Positions 47,075 through 57,070 are shown, counted from the first letter of the stretch. The stretch: 64,000 bases of DNA from Caulobacter sp. (GCA_029866155.1 JARWZW010000048.1:13857-77856), one strand, 5' to 3'. Numbers and translations: made by a program. Notes: generated from the sequence alone by a model not told the origin.

Positions 47075-47847
47075 TGTCCGGCGCCCGCCCCCGCAAGCCA
47101 TTCCGGTCCCTTCCGCGACTCATGGCGCTGGGCCTGGCGGCGATCGCCGCCCTGACCCTGCCCGAAGCGGCTTTCGCCCAGACCCTGAACCTGGATCTGG
47201 GGACAGGCGCCGGCCTGACCGAGCGGGTGGTCCAGCTGGTCGGACTGCTGACTGTCCTTTCGCTGGCCCCTTCCATCGTGATCATGACGACCAGCTTTGT
47301 GCGGATCATCGTGGTGCTCAGCCTGCTGCGCACGGCCCTTGGCCTGCAGCAGAGCCCGCCTAACGCCGTATTGATCAGTCTGGCCCTGTTCCTGTCGGCC
47401 ATCGTCATGGCCCCGACCTTCCAGAGGTCCTATGACGAGGGTGTCCGGCCCCTGCTGGACCAGCAGATGGAGCTGCCGGAAGCCTTTGATTCTGCGGCCG
47501 GTCCGGTGAAGGTCTTCATGCTCAGCCAGGTCGATCCCGACGATCTCGCGCTGTTCGTCCGTCTGTCCAAGATCGAGCGTCCCAAGACCCTGCGGGACAC
47601 ACCCCTGCGGGTCGTCACCCCGGCCTTCATGATCAGCGAGCTCAAACGAGCCTTCGAGATCGGGTTCCTCCTGTTTGTGCCGTTTCTGGTCATCGACCTT
47701 GTTGTAGCCAGCGTCCTGATGAGCATGGGCATGATGATGCTGCCGCCCGTGGTCATCAGTCTGCCCTTCAAGCTGATCTTCTTCGTGCTGGTTGACGGCT
47801 GGCGCCTTGTTGCCGGCAGCCTTGTTGAAAGCTTCCAGCCAGGTTGA
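47074..47847 (+). CDS. fliP: Flagellar export gate protein FliP
   Basis: MTTSFVRIIVV, PAFMISELKRAFEIGF, MGMMMLPP, FVLVDGW. Confidence 0.97.
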   Translation: MSGARPRKPFRSLPRLMALGLAAIAALTLPEAAFAQTLNLDLGTGAGLTERVVQLVGLLTVLSLAPSIVIMTTSFVRIIVVLSLLRTALGLQQSPPNAVLISLALFLSAIVMAPTFQRSYDEGVRPLLDQQMELPEAFDSAAGPVKVFMLSQVDPDDLALFVRLSKIERPKTLRDTPLRVVTPAFMISELKRAFEIGFLLFVPFLVIDLVVASVLMSMGMMMLPPVVISLPFKLIFFVLVDGWRLVAGSLVESFQPG

Positions 47848-47853
47848 CGCCAA

Positions 47854-50778
47854 TCAGCCCCGGGTCGCGGCGGCCTTGGCCGGTGCGGCCTTCTGGGCCT
47901 GGGCCTGCCGGACCGACGGGGCTCCGACGGGCGCAGGCTTTTCACGGAACCGCGCCTTCATGCGGCCAACCCAGCCGTTGAAGGCTTCCGTATCGGCGAC
48001 ACTGCGCGTGAAGTCAGCGGTGGTCATCTGGCCGCCGTCGGTGGCGGCGAAAGCCACCTTGAGAGCTTCCGGATTGCGCCCGCCTTCAAAGAACGATTCG
48101 TAGCGGCCTCTCATGCGCGTGAGGCCGGCGTCGTCCCCTGCCAGGCTATAGGCGACCCCTGCCCTGAGCAGCCGGCCTTCTTCATCCGGGCGCAGAGCCA
48201 GCGGAGTCTTCCAGCGTTCACCGAGGGTCCGCTCGAACAACTCGCCAGCCTGGGGCCAGCTGCGGCTCTTCCAGGCGATCTCGGCCTTGACGTCTACGGC
48301 TTCGGACGTGGCGTCAGCCTCGATGATCTCGAGGGCCGAATCCAGTCGCCCCAGGCCGATCATCGCCCGTGCGGTGATGATCCGGCGCTCGGCGTTGAGG
48401 GCGGTCGGCAGCACGGTGGTGCGGGACCCGTTGATGGCCTCCAGGGCCTGCTCGGGCTTGCGGTCCATCAGGTAGATGAGCGCCAGATCCGTCGCCACCT
48501 GGGCCTTGGGAATACCCTCCAGCCGGTTATCGACCTGGTACTTCATCAGATTGGCGGCCTGATCGAGCAGGTCGACATCCACCAGGCGACGCACCATCTT
48601 GCGGACCATCAGGTCGCCGTCGGCGCCGATCGGCGTCAGGGTCTTGAAGTCCTCGAACAGGCCCAGGGCCTGGATCGGCTCCAGACCATCCGCCAGTCCG
48701 TCCAGGAACAGCGCGCGGAAGGCCGAGGCCAGGTCATTCTGCAGGTCAACCGCCGCCGGCAGGTCCGGCAGGCGGCTTCCCGCCGACCGCAGGGCCTCCA
48801 GGGCCTCACGATAGCGACCCTGGCTCAGATAGAGCTGGCCCAGCACCCGGATGGTTTCGAGTTCTGTTGCATCTCCGCGCCAGCGATAGCGAAGGCCATC
48901 AAACACCGCCACGGCCTGGTTGGGCGTCACCTTGCCCTGCTCCAGCTTGATCTGGGTCGCCCGCAGCTGGGCCGGCGCCGCATATTGCTGAAGCGGCGCC
49001 TTGGCGATCAGCTCATAGACGGCGAGGGCCTTGTCCTTGTCGCCCTTCGCTTCCAGCAGCCGGGCTTCCATCAGCCGGTTTCCCAGTTCCTCGGCCGGCG
49101 GCAGGCCCGCCAATCCGGCCCGCGAAAGACAGCTGCTGGCGGCGTCGAAATTCCCCAGGGCGATGGCCGCCTCGGCATTGGCCCGCTCGAAGCGCGCGCG
49201 CCAGAAGGCCGGAAAAAGCTCCATGGCCTGACCGGCCTCGGCGAACTTGGCCCGGGCCTCGGCCCACTGCCCCTGACGCGCTGCGATATAGCCACGCCAG
49301 GCGGCGGATGACGGATCATCCGTCAGGATGGGCACCGACAGGTCGCTGTCGGCCTCCTTCAGTCGGCCAGACATGGCCCGCGCCATGCCGCGCAGGCCCC
49401 GAAACTCGGGATCGCCCATCAGGGTTTCCCGCGAGCGGGCGGCAGCGTTCAGGACACCAATGGCCTCGTAGGAAAGCTCGGTCCCGATCAGGAAACGGGC
49501 AAGCGCCATACGGGCTTCCGTTGGGGCCGCATCACCCTTTTCGGTCTCGGCCGCCGCCTCGGCCAGCAGACCGTCATATCGCTTCATGAAGCCGGCATCA
49601 CCGGTCTTGGCCCAGTCGTCGCCGATCAGGGCGGGCATCGAGGCGCGCAAGGGAGCGCCCATGGCAGCTGGCGGTGGCGCATTGACCGTCGCCCAGCCGG
49701 GCGACAGGGCAAGGCCGCTGTCCCGGCCGATCCGCACAAGATCGCCCTCGGACAAGACAGACAGTCCCGGGGAATAGGCTTCGATCGCCAGGCCGTGCAC
49801 GGTCGGCAGCATGGCCATATCGACAAAGTCGCGGCGTCCGTTCAGGCCCTTTCCCGGGGCCAGGGCCGGCACCACGGCGATCCGGTCTCCGACGGCGGGG
49901 TCATCGACCCAGACCGGCCGGCCTGCACCGGCCATGGCGACGGAAAGCCCCGCAAGAGCCGCTTCCGGATCCCGGCCGACAGAGATGGTTCCTGACGAAG
50001 CGGCTGCGCCGCCAGGGCCCAGGGACACCGTCCAGACCGCGCCTTCTCCGGCCACGCTGATCTGCGAATCTCTGGCGGCCACCATCCGGAGAGCGGCGTA
50101 GTCCTTGCCGCTATAGGCCGTCAGGTTTCGATAGCGCCCGCTCTTGGGCAGGCGCGAGACATCCAGCCTGGCCGGAGCGTCAAAGACAATCCAGACAGCT
50201 TCGCCTCGCCGGAACACCGCCGCCCCGGGGGGCGCGCGCCAAGCAAATTTCAGGGTCGTTCGGTCGGCCACCACCTCGGCCGACACCGGCACCACGCCGC
50301 CTGAAGGCGTCGGGTCGGGGCGATCCGACGCCGGCGCCTCGGGCGCGGCCTCCGTGTCGGGCCCGGAGGCGGGCTCGCCTTCCTTCCGGGAGAAGATGTT
50401 GACGTAGGTCGCGCCCTCGTCTTTTCCCACCGTTGCGTCGGCGTCATCGGCCAGGGCCAGGCGGATTTCCAGCGCCCCGCCTTCGCGTTTGGCTTCCGCC
50501 CCCTTCAGCCAGCGGGGCGGAGTCGCCCGCAGCAGGGCGAGGTCAGCCCTGGCGTCCCGGTTGAACCGCAGGACAAGAGTCTGACCCTCGCGCCGGCTGC
50601 GAACCTGGGCGCCGCCAGCCCAGTGAAACTCGATCCGGGAAAACGCCTTCGCCTGGGCGACCCGGACATCCAGAGCCGAGCGGCTGGCCGCCGCCGGAGC
50701 GGCATAGCCGGCGGGAGCGGCCAGACCTGCAATACAGGCGGCCGCAACACCGGATCGAAGAGTCCGGCGAAGGTTCAT
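47854..50778 (-). CDS. Large exported TPR/alpha-solenoid protein in the fliLM operon
   Basis: Signal peptide, beta-rich N-terminal half, TPR-like helical C-terminal half; last gene of the fliL-fliM-...-motE run. Confidence 0.75.
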   Translation of the reverse strand: MNLRRTLRSGVAAACIAGLAAPAGYAAPAAASRSALDVRVAQAKAFSRIEFHWAGGAQVRSRREGQTLVLRFNRDARADLALLRATPPRWLKGAEAKREGGALEIRLALADDADATVGKDEGATYVNIFSRKEGEPASGPDTEAAPEAPASDRPDPTPSGGVVPVSAEVVADRTTLKFAWRAPPGAAVFRRGEAVWIVFDAPARLDVSRLPKSGRYRNLTAYSGKDYAALRMVAARDSQISVAGEGAVWTVSLGPGGAAASSGTISVGRDPEAALAGLSVAMAGAGRPVWVDDPAVGDRIAVVPALAPGKGLNGRRDFVDMAMLPTVHGLAIEAYSPGLSVLSEGDLVRIGRDSGLALSPGWATVNAPPPAAMGAPLRASMPALIGDDWAKTGDAGFMKRYDGLLAEAAAETEKGDAAPTEARMALARFLIGTELSYEAIGVLNAAARSRETLMGDPEFRGLRGMARAMSGRLKEADSDLSVPILTDDPSSAAWRGYIAARQGQWAEARAKFAEAGQAMELFPAFWRARFERANAEAAIALGNFDAASSCLSRAGLAGLPPAEELGNRLMEARLLEAKGDKDKALAVYELIAKAPLQQYAAPAQLRATQIKLEQGKVTPNQAVAVFDGLRYRWRGDATELETIRVLGQLYLSQGRYREALEALRSAGSRLPDLPAAVDLQNDLASAFRALFLDGLADGLEPIQALGLFEDFKTLTPIGADGDLMVRKMVRRLVDVDLLDQAANLMKYQVDNRLEGIPKAQVATDLALIYLMDRKPEQALEAINGSRTTVLPTALNAERRIITARAMIGLGRLDSALEIIEADATSEAVDVKAEIAWKSRSWPQAGELFERTLGERWKTPLALRPDEEGRLLRAGVAYSLAGDDAGLTRMRGRYESFFEGGRNPEALKVAFAATDGGQMTTADFTRSVADTEAFNGWVGRMKARFREKPAPVGAPSVRQAQAQKAAPAKAAATRG

Positions 50779-51585
50779 CTAGCCTGCCTTGCCCGGCGCC
50801 GGCTTGGCGGCCGGTTTGGCGCCGGCGGGTGCAGTCTGGCCGGCGGCGGCCTGGGCCGTCGCTTCAGCCGGCTTGGCTTCCGGCGCCATCGCCTGTTTGC
50901 CCGCCAGGATGGCGGCGCTGGCTGCGAACCGACGCGCCAGGGCCTCGGTGATCTGCTTGGCCTCGACCGGCGGCATCTGCGCCAGGATCGCCGCCAGGGT
51001 GCGTTCCTTGAGCTTCGCGGCGATAGGCAGCCGGACACTGTCATCCAGGACCCGCATCTGGGCCGCTGCGTCCTTGGCCTTCATCGCAGAGAAGACCGCG
51101 ACCAGACGCGTGATCTCCTGGGCCTGCTGATCTTCGGCCTGCCCCAGAAGAGACTGAATATCGCCCTTCAAACCGTTGAGCGCCTTGAATTTTGCGTCCA
51201 GCTTGGCCTCCGCGGCGGCCAGGAGTTGCAGCTGCACCTCCATGCTCTGCTCACGCTCGTCCAGCTGCCCCCGGCGATCACCCAGGCTTTGCAGGGTCCG
51301 CAGCTCGGAGGGTGAAAGACCCGCTTCCCTCGCCAGTTCCGCAGCGGTGGGGGCGCAGACAGCTGCGTTGGTCTTGGCCGGGGCCTTGGCGACCTGGGCC
51401 TCGGCATCGGCCTTGGTCTTGGTCTTTTCCGATTCAGGAGCCGGCTTCTCGGCAGTTCCCTCGGCCCAGGCCTGGGCGCCCGAGAAAAGTCGGGGCAGGC
51501 TGTCGGCGCCGGCCAGGGCGTTGACCGCCAGAACCCCGGCGACGGCGACGCCGGCCAGGGGCAGAATACGCGGTATGCGGCTCAT
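50779..51585 (-). CDS. MotE-like flagellar protein (coiled coil plus MgtE_N-like domain)
   Basis: N-terminal hydrophobic segment, coiled coil, LVAVFSAMKAKDAAAQM...AAILAQMPPVEAKQIT. Confidence 0.7.
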   Translation of the reverse strand: MSRIPRILPLAGVAVAGVLAVNALAGADSLPRLFSGAQAWAEGTAEKPAPESEKTKTKADAEAQVAKAPAKTNAAVCAPTAAELAREAGLSPSELRTLQSLGDRRGQLDEREQSMEVQLQLLAAAEAKLDAKFKALNGLKGDIQSLLGQAEDQQAQEITRLVAVFSAMKAKDAAAQMRVLDDSVRLPIAAKLKERTLAAILAQMPPVEAKQITEALARRFAASAAILAGKQAMAPEAKPAEATAQAAAGQTAPAGAKPAAKPAPGKAG

Positions 51586-52055
51586 GACCGACCTCCGGGA
51601 ATGGAACGTAGCCGGCCACTTGAGGGCTGGGGTTCGAACAGCTCGTCATCAATCCGCGCCCGCGAGCGCGGGGTCGGGGCGGGTTCCGAACGGGAATAGG
51701 CGACCCGCTCCCGCGCGGGCGCGCTGGGCCGATCGAGCCAGTCGTCATCGCGGGCCGGCTCGGCCGCCCGACGCGGACGCTCTGCCAGGGTCCTGTCCAG
51801 TTGCTCGGAGAGGGTCTTGGCGGTTTCGATCCTGACAGCCAGGCCTTCATCGGCCTCCAGGCTGGCCGCGCGCAGGGCGGCCAGACCGGCCTCGGCCCGG
51901 GCGGCGGCCTGGTCCAGATCTGCCACAGCCCGACCGAAGTTCTCATGACCTGCCCGCAGGGCCTTGAGCTGACGCTCCAGCCTCCAGCCGAAGACAAGGG
52001 CGGCCACAAGCAGCACGGCCAGCAGGATGTTCATGGCGATGGCGACCAGGCTCAT
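51582..52055 (-). CDS. Bitopic coiled-coil protein, PflI-like flagellar positioning factor
   Basis: N-terminal TM, coiled coil, Pro/Arg-rich tail; directly downstream of fliM; PflI call from recalled architecture and position. Confidence 0.55.
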   Translation of the reverse strand: MSLVAIAMNILLAVLLVAALVFGWRLERQLKALRAGHENFGRAVADLDQAAARAEAGLAALRAASLEADEGLAVRIETAKTLSEQLDRTLAERPRRAAEPARDDDWLDRPSAPARERVAYSRSEPAPTPRSRARIDDELFEPQPSSGRLRSIPGGRS

Positions 52056-53167
52056 GTCAGTCTCTTCTGAACGGCATGCTGGGCGGATCGGTCCAGCGGA
52101 GCTTCGCAGCGGATGGCGATATGGTGATTGCGGCGCCCCATCCGGCCTCGGGTCAGGGGAATCGTGCCCGCCCGAAGCTCGACAAGGCTGTCAGGCGTGG
52201 CGTTCAGCATGAAGGTGTCGCCGACCTTGAGGTTCAGCACCCGGCTGAGGGGCGTCTGCTGCTCGTCCAGGACGGCGCGAACCTCCATCTGGGTCGTCCA
52301 GAGCTCGGTGGCCAGATGGCTTTCCCAGATATTGTCCCGGCCGAACTTCTCACCCATGAACTGCTGAAGCAGCATCTTGCGGATCGGTTCCAGGGTCGCA
52401 TAGGGCAGCAACAGCTCGATCCGGCCGCCCCGGTCTTCCATGTCGATCCGCAACTTGACCAGGATCGCTGCATTGGCCGGACGGGCAATGGCGGCGAAGC
52501 GGGGATTGGTCTCGAGGCGGTCCAGGACGAAATGGACCGGCGTCAGGGGCTCGAAGGCCTGCTGGGCGTCCTGCAGAACCACCTCGACCATTCGCTGGAC
52601 CAGCACCCGCTCGATCGTCGTGTAGGGGCGACCCTCGATTCGCATGGCGGCAGTGCCCCGCCGCCCCCCCAGCAGCACGTCGACGATGGAATAGATGAGG
52701 TTCGAATCGACCGTCAGCAGGCCGTAGTTGTCCAGCTCCTCCGCCCGGAAAACCGAAAGGATGGCCGGCAGCGGAATGGAGTTCAGATAGTCGCCGAACC
52801 GGATGGACGAGATGTTGTCGAGACTGACCTCGACGTTGTCGCTGGTGAAATTGCGCAGGGACGTCGTCATCAACCGCACCAGGCGGTCAAAGACGATTTC
52901 CAGCATCGGCAAGCGTTCGTACGACACCAGGGCCGAATTGATGATGGCCCGGATACCGGTCCGCTCACCCTCGTCGTCGTCATGCAGGTCAAAGCCCAGC
53001 AGACTGTCGATTTCGTCCTGGTTGAGGATCCGTTCGGATCCGACACTCATCGGGACTTCCGGCTCTGCGCCCCCCCAGTCGGCGCCGCCGGCAGGCGTAG
53101 CTTCGCCGCTGGCATTGTTTGCCGCCCATTGGGCCAGAGCCGCCTGATCGTCCAGTTCGTCAGCCAT
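52052..53167 (-). CDS. fliM: Flagellar motor switch protein FliM
   Basis: ILNQDEIDSLL CheY-binding peptide, YERLPMLEIVFDR, C-terminal SpoA domain. Confidence 0.96.
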   Translation of the reverse strand: MADELDDQAALAQWAANNASGEATPAGGADWGGAEPEVPMSVGSERILNQDEIDSLLGFDLHDDDEGERTGIRAIINSALVSYERLPMLEIVFDRLVRLMTTSLRNFTSDNVEVSLDNISSIRFGDYLNSIPLPAILSVFRAEELDNYGLLTVDSNLIYSIVDVLLGGRRGTAAMRIEGRPYTTIERVLVQRMVEVVLQDAQQAFEPLTPVHFVLDRLETNPRFAAIARPANAAILVKLRIDMEDRGGRIELLLPYATLEPIRKMLLQQFMGEKFGRDNIWESHLATELWTTQMEVRAVLDEQQTPLSRVLNLKVGDTFMLNATPDSLVELRAGTIPLTRGRMGRRNHHIAIRCEAPLDRSAQHAVQKRLT

Positions 53168-53193
53168 CTTGGTTCGATCTCCCGGGCCGGGGC

Positions 53194-53820
53194 CTAGTTG
53201 ATCAGCATCTCCTCGATCAGGACCGCATTGACCTTGGACGGCGCCACCAGGAGATTGACTCTTCTGAGGATTTCCATGCGCAGCTGATAGCTGCCCTGAC
53301 TGCCGGACAGGTCCTCGGGCCGCATCTCCCTGAGAAAGGTCTGGAACATGTCGTTGACCCGCGGCAAGGCCGGATCAAGCTCTTCGACCAGTTCTTCGTT
53401 CGGCAGCTCAAGCGTCAGCTTCAGCTTGAGGAAAGTCGGCCGGCCATCGGCCGTCTGCATGTTCACGATGATGTCAGGCAGGGTGTAGAAGACGATGCCA
53501 TCGGGGCCTTCCTTGACGGTCGCCGCCCCCGGCTCGGGCTTGCCGCCCTTTTCTTTCTCGCCGCCCTTTTTCTTCTTCTTGTCCTTTTCCTTGCTCTTCT
53601 CGTCGTGGGCGCCAGCCTCGGCATGCTCCGCAGGCTTGGGCTTCAGGAACAGGAAATAGACGCCAGCACCACCGCCGCCGAGCAGCAGCACAGCCGCCAC
53701 GGCGGCGATGATCAGAATCTTGGGATCGAGCTTCTTCTTGCCCGCGACAGGCTCACCGTCAGGCCCGACCTCAGCGTCGCCGCCGGCCCCTTCTGCTTCC
53801 TTGACCTTGTCCTTCGACAC
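53194..53820 (-). CDS. fliL: Flagellar basal body-associated protein FliL
   Basis: GTG start, TM LLLGGGGAGVYF, FYTLPDIIVNM, FLKLKL, VLIEEMLIN. Confidence 0.92.
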   Translation of the reverse strand: MSKDKVKEAEGAGGDAEVGPDGEPVAGKKKLDPKILIIAAVAAVLLLGGGGAGVYFLFLKPKPAEHAEAGAHDEKSKEKDKKKKKGGEKEKGGKPEPGAATVKEGPDGIVFYTLPDIIVNMQTADGRPTFLKLKLTLELPNEELVEELDPALPRVNDMFQTFLREMRPEDLSGSQGSYQLRMEILRRVNLLVAPSKVNAVLIEEMLIN

Positions 53821-53872
53821 TGTGTCGCGCTCCCCAGGCAGAACCGCCTGACCTTTCATGGGTCACAGTTAG

Positions 53873-53988
53873 TTAAGGATGGGTTTTTGACCGGGTCGAA
53901 AACCACCCGGCAATATTCGCCGACACCCGCTCGTTAACCTTCTTATTTGTTGATTTATAAGACCTTTTAGACTGGCCCGGTGCTTGCA
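53873..53988 (+). promoter_or_regulatory. Divergent fliL/flgF control region: imperfect CtrA site, ftr-like enhancer, IHF-like site, sigma54 promoter
   Basis: TTAA-GGATGGG-TTTT (53873); CCCGGCAATATTCGCCGA (53906); AATCAACAAATAA on the minus strand (53943-53955); TGGCCC-GGTGC-TTGCA (53973-53988). Confidence 0.72.
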
Positions 53989-54038
53989 CGATAACCCTGC
54001 GCCGCGATGGGCGCCGGAGAGTCTTAAGGGAGGTCGAT

Positions 54039-54773
54039 TTGGACAACGCAATGTACATCGGTCTGTCCCGCCAGATGACCCTGCGCCGGGAAATGGACGT
54101 CATCGCCAACAACATCGCCAATGCGGACACGGCGGGCTTCAAGGTCGAGAACCTGATGGTCCGCACCGAGCCCAAGTCTCCCGCCCGCTCGATCGACGGG
54201 CCCAAACCGATCAAGTTCGTTCTGGACGACGGAGTCGCCCGGAACTTCACGCAAGGCGCCCTTCGGCAGACTGGCGGGGCCTTCGACCTGGCGATCGACG
54301 GAAAGGGCTTCTTCAAGATCGACACGGCCCAGGGCGAACGCTTCACGCGCGATGGCCGGTTCACCCTCTCGCCGGACGGCCGCCTGACCAACCAGGCCGG
54401 CGATTCGGTAAGCGGCGACGCTGGCGAGATTGTCGTCGATCCCGCCAAGGGGCCGGTCAGCATCGCCAGCGACGGCACGGTCAGCCAGGCTGGCGAGCGG
54501 GTTGGCAAGGTCGGGGTCTTCTTGTTCTCAGGCCGGGCGGTCCTCGCGAAGAACGGCGACAACCTGTTCAAGAACACCTCAAACGAGGCCCCTGTCGCCG
54601 ACACCGCCTCCCGGGTCCGCCAGGGGATGCTGGAAAGCTCGAACGTCAATCCGATCCTGCAGATCACCCGCATGATCGAGGTCAGCCGCGCCTACGAGGG
54701 CGTGGTGAAGTCCATGGAAAGCAACTCCGACCTGTCCAGACGCGCCGTCGAGCGTCTCGGCAAGCTGGCCTGA
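54039..54773 (+). CDS. flgF: Flagellar basal-body rod protein FlgF
   Basis: TTG start; IANNIANADTAGFK, TRDGRF, LESSNVN. Confidence 0.95.
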   Translation: MDNAMYIGLSRQMTLRREMDVIANNIANADTAGFKVENLMVRTEPKSPARSIDGPKPIKFVLDDGVARNFTQGALRQTGGAFDLAIDGKGFFKIDTAQGERFTRDGRFTLSPDGRLTNQAGDSVSGDAGEIVVDPAKGPVSIASDGTVSQAGERVGKVGVFLFSGRAVLAKNGDNLFKNTSNEAPVADTASRVRQGMLESSNVNPILQITRMIEVSRAYEGVVKSMESNSDLSRRAVERLGKLA

Positions 54774-54787
54774 AGGAGTAACACCTG

Positions 54788-55576
54788 ATGCAAGCCCTTC
54801 GTACCGCCGCGACCGGCATGTCGGCACAGCAGCTGAATGTCGAGGTCATCTCCAACAACATCGCCAACATGAACACTGTTGGTTTCAAGCGTCAGAGAGC
54901 CGAGTTCCAGGACCTGCTCTATCAATCTTTGGAACGGGCTGGCGCCCAGTCTTCCGACCAGGGCACCGTGGTTCCGACCGGCGTCCAGATCGGTGGTGGC
55001 GTCAAGGCTGGCTCGACCTACCGGATCACCAGCCAGGGCTCCATGACCCGCACCGACAACCGGTTCGACATGGCCATCCAGGGGCGCGGCTATTTCCAGG
55101 TCCTGATGCCCTCGGGCGAAACCGCCTATACCCGGGCCGGCAACATGGCAGTCAATGACCAGGGCCAACTGGTCACCGAGGATGGCTATCTGGTCCAGCC
55201 CGCCATCACCATCCCGACCGACGCCATGGACGTGACCGTCTCCAAGACCGGACAGGTGCAGGTCACCAAGGCCAACACTCCTGCTCCCGAAATTGCCGGG
55301 CAGCTGGAGCTGGCCACCTTCATAAATGAGGCCGGGCTGGAGGCCCTGGGCGATAATCTGTTCATGGAGAGCGGCGCCTCCGGCGCGGCCACCACCGGAT
55401 CGCCGGGGTCGACCGGGATCGGCCAGATCCTGCAGAACTATACCGAAGCCTCCAATGTCGACGCCGTCAGCGAGATCACCGCCCTGATCGTCGCCCAGCG
55501 TGCCTACGAAATGAATTCCAAGGTCATCAGCACGGCCGACGAGATGCTGCAGGCCGCGAACCAGGTGAAGTCATAG
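54788..55576 (+). CDS. flgG: Flagellar distal rod protein FlgG
   Basis: ISNNIANMNTVGFK, FQDLLYQ, TRAG, EASNV, QRAYEMNSK. Confidence 0.97.
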   Translation: MQALRTAATGMSAQQLNVEVISNNIANMNTVGFKRQRAEFQDLLYQSLERAGAQSSDQGTVVPTGVQIGGGVKAGSTYRITSQGSMTRTDNRFDMAIQGRGYFQVLMPSGETAYTRAGNMAVNDQGQLVTEDGYLVQPAITIPTDAMDVTVSKTGQVQVTKANTPAPEIAGQLELATFINEAGLEALGDNLFMESGASGAATTGSPGSTGIGQILQNYTEASNVDAVSEITALIVAQRAYEMNSKVISTADEMLQAANQVKS

Positions 55577-55577
55577 G

Positions 55578-56330
55578 ATGACGCGCCTGGTCCGATCCCT
55601 GCTGAAGTCCCTGATCGCCGGCTGCTCGGTCGTGGTGATGGCCACCCCTGCCCTCGCCGGTCCCGTCACCCTCAGGTCCGAAACCCTGGACAGCGACGGG
55701 CGGGTCACCCTGGGAGACCTGTTCGACGGCGCCGGTGCGGCCGCAGACCTGGCCGTCGCCAGTCGGACAGGGCCGTCCGTAGTGCTGGACGCCCAGGCGC
55801 TGCAGGGTCTGGCGCGGCGCGCCGGACTGTCCTGGGACAATCCGCAAGGCTTGCGACGGATCGTGGTCCGGGCCGGCGCCCCGACCGCAGCCGTCGTCCG
55901 CGGCAATGTAGAGGTTCTGACCTATAGCCGCTCTCTCAATTCAGGCGAGGTGGTGTCGCCGGCTGACCTTGCCTGGGTCCGCGCAGCCGGAGCCCCGGCG
56001 GACGCTCCCGATGACGCCGACCAGGTCATCGGCATGGTCGCCCGCCGCCCCCTGCGGGCCGGAACCGCCGCCAGCCTGCGGGACGTCTCCGCTCCCGAGG
56101 TGATCCGGGCCGGAGATATTGTCGAGGTCAGCTGGTCAGACGGCTACGTCACCCTGACCATGCAGGGCCGGGCCCTGAAATCCGCCACCCGCGGCCAGTC
56201 CCTGGCGATTCAGAATTCAGCCTCGAAGAAGATCGTCGAGGCCATCGCAACCGGTCCTGGCCAGGCGGCCACCGGTCCCCAGGCCCAGCGGCTGAAGGCC
56301 GCCGGATCTTCCCAGCTTGCAGCCCGATGA
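55578..56330 (+). CDS. flgA: P-ring assembly chaperone FlgA
   Basis: Signal peptide, SAF domain, IRAGDIVEV...IQNSASKKIVEA. Confidence 0.9.
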   Translation: MTRLVRSLLKSLIAGCSVVVMATPALAGPVTLRSETLDSDGRVTLGDLFDGAGAAADLAVASRTGPSVVLDAQALQGLARRAGLSWDNPQGLRRIVVRAGAPTAAVVRGNVEVLTYSRSLNSGEVVSPADLAWVRAAGAPADAPDDADQVIGMVARRPLRAGTAASLRDVSAPEVIRAGDIVEVSWSDGYVTLTMQGRALKSATRGQSLAIQNSASKKIVEAIATGPGQAATGPQAQRLKAAGSSQLAAR

Positions 56331-57070
56331 AGGTCCCGATCATGCGTCTGTCCCTGCCTGTCCTGCTCCTGCTCGCACCCCTGGCCGCCTGCTCAACCGT
56401 GACCGAAGCCGTCAGGGGGCCAGAGCTGGCGCCGGTGGGCTATCCGGCCCAGCTTGCGCCCCAGACCCAGAACTTCACATCGGTTCGCCAGGAACCGCCT
56501 CAGCCCGGATCGGCCAATTCGCTCTGGCGCACCGGGGCCAGGGCCTTCTTCAATGACCAGCGGGCGGGCCGGATCGGCGACATCCTGACTGTCAATATCG
56601 ACATCGATGACAGCGCCCAGACGAGCAACACGTCATCCTCGTCCCGCACTTCCGGCATGACTGCCGGGGCGCCCCACCTGTTTGGTCTGGAATCCAGCCT
56701 CGGCCGACTGTTCCCCGGCGGGTTCGATCCGGCAAACGCCCTGGAGACCAAGACCACCACCGGCGCCCAGGGGGCCGGCGCCGTGGCCCGGGCGGAGAAG
56801 ATCAGCCTGACCGTTGCGGCGGTGGTCACCGGCGTGCTGCCCAATGGCAACATGGTGATCCAGGGTGTCCAGGAAGTAAGGACCAACAACGAGGTCAGGC
56901 GCCTGACCGTCGCCGGCATCGTGCGTCCCGAGGACATCAGCGCCGCCAATACCATCAAACATACCCAGATCGCCGAAGCCCGGATCAGCTACGGCGGCCG
57001 GGGCGACCAGAGCCGGGTTCAGAAAACTCCGGCCGGCCAGGCGCTGGTGGAAGGCTTCTCGCCCTTCTGA
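56327..57070 (+). CDS. flgH: Flagellar L-ring protein FlgH
   Basis: Lipobox LAAC, FFNDQRAGRIGDILTV, GIVRPEDI, IAEARISYGG. Confidence 0.96.
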   Translation: MKVPIMRLSLPVLLLLAPLAACSTVTEAVRGPELAPVGYPAQLAPQTQNFTSVRQEPPQPGSANSLWRTGARAFFNDQRAGRIGDILTVNIDIDDSAQTSNTSSSSRTSGMTAGAPHLFGLESSLGRLFPGGFDPANALETKTTTGAQGAGAVARAEKISLTVAAVVTGVLPNGNMVIQGVQEVRTNNEVRRLTVAGIVRPEDISAANTIKHTQIAEARISYGGRGDQSRVQKTPAGQALVEGFSPF

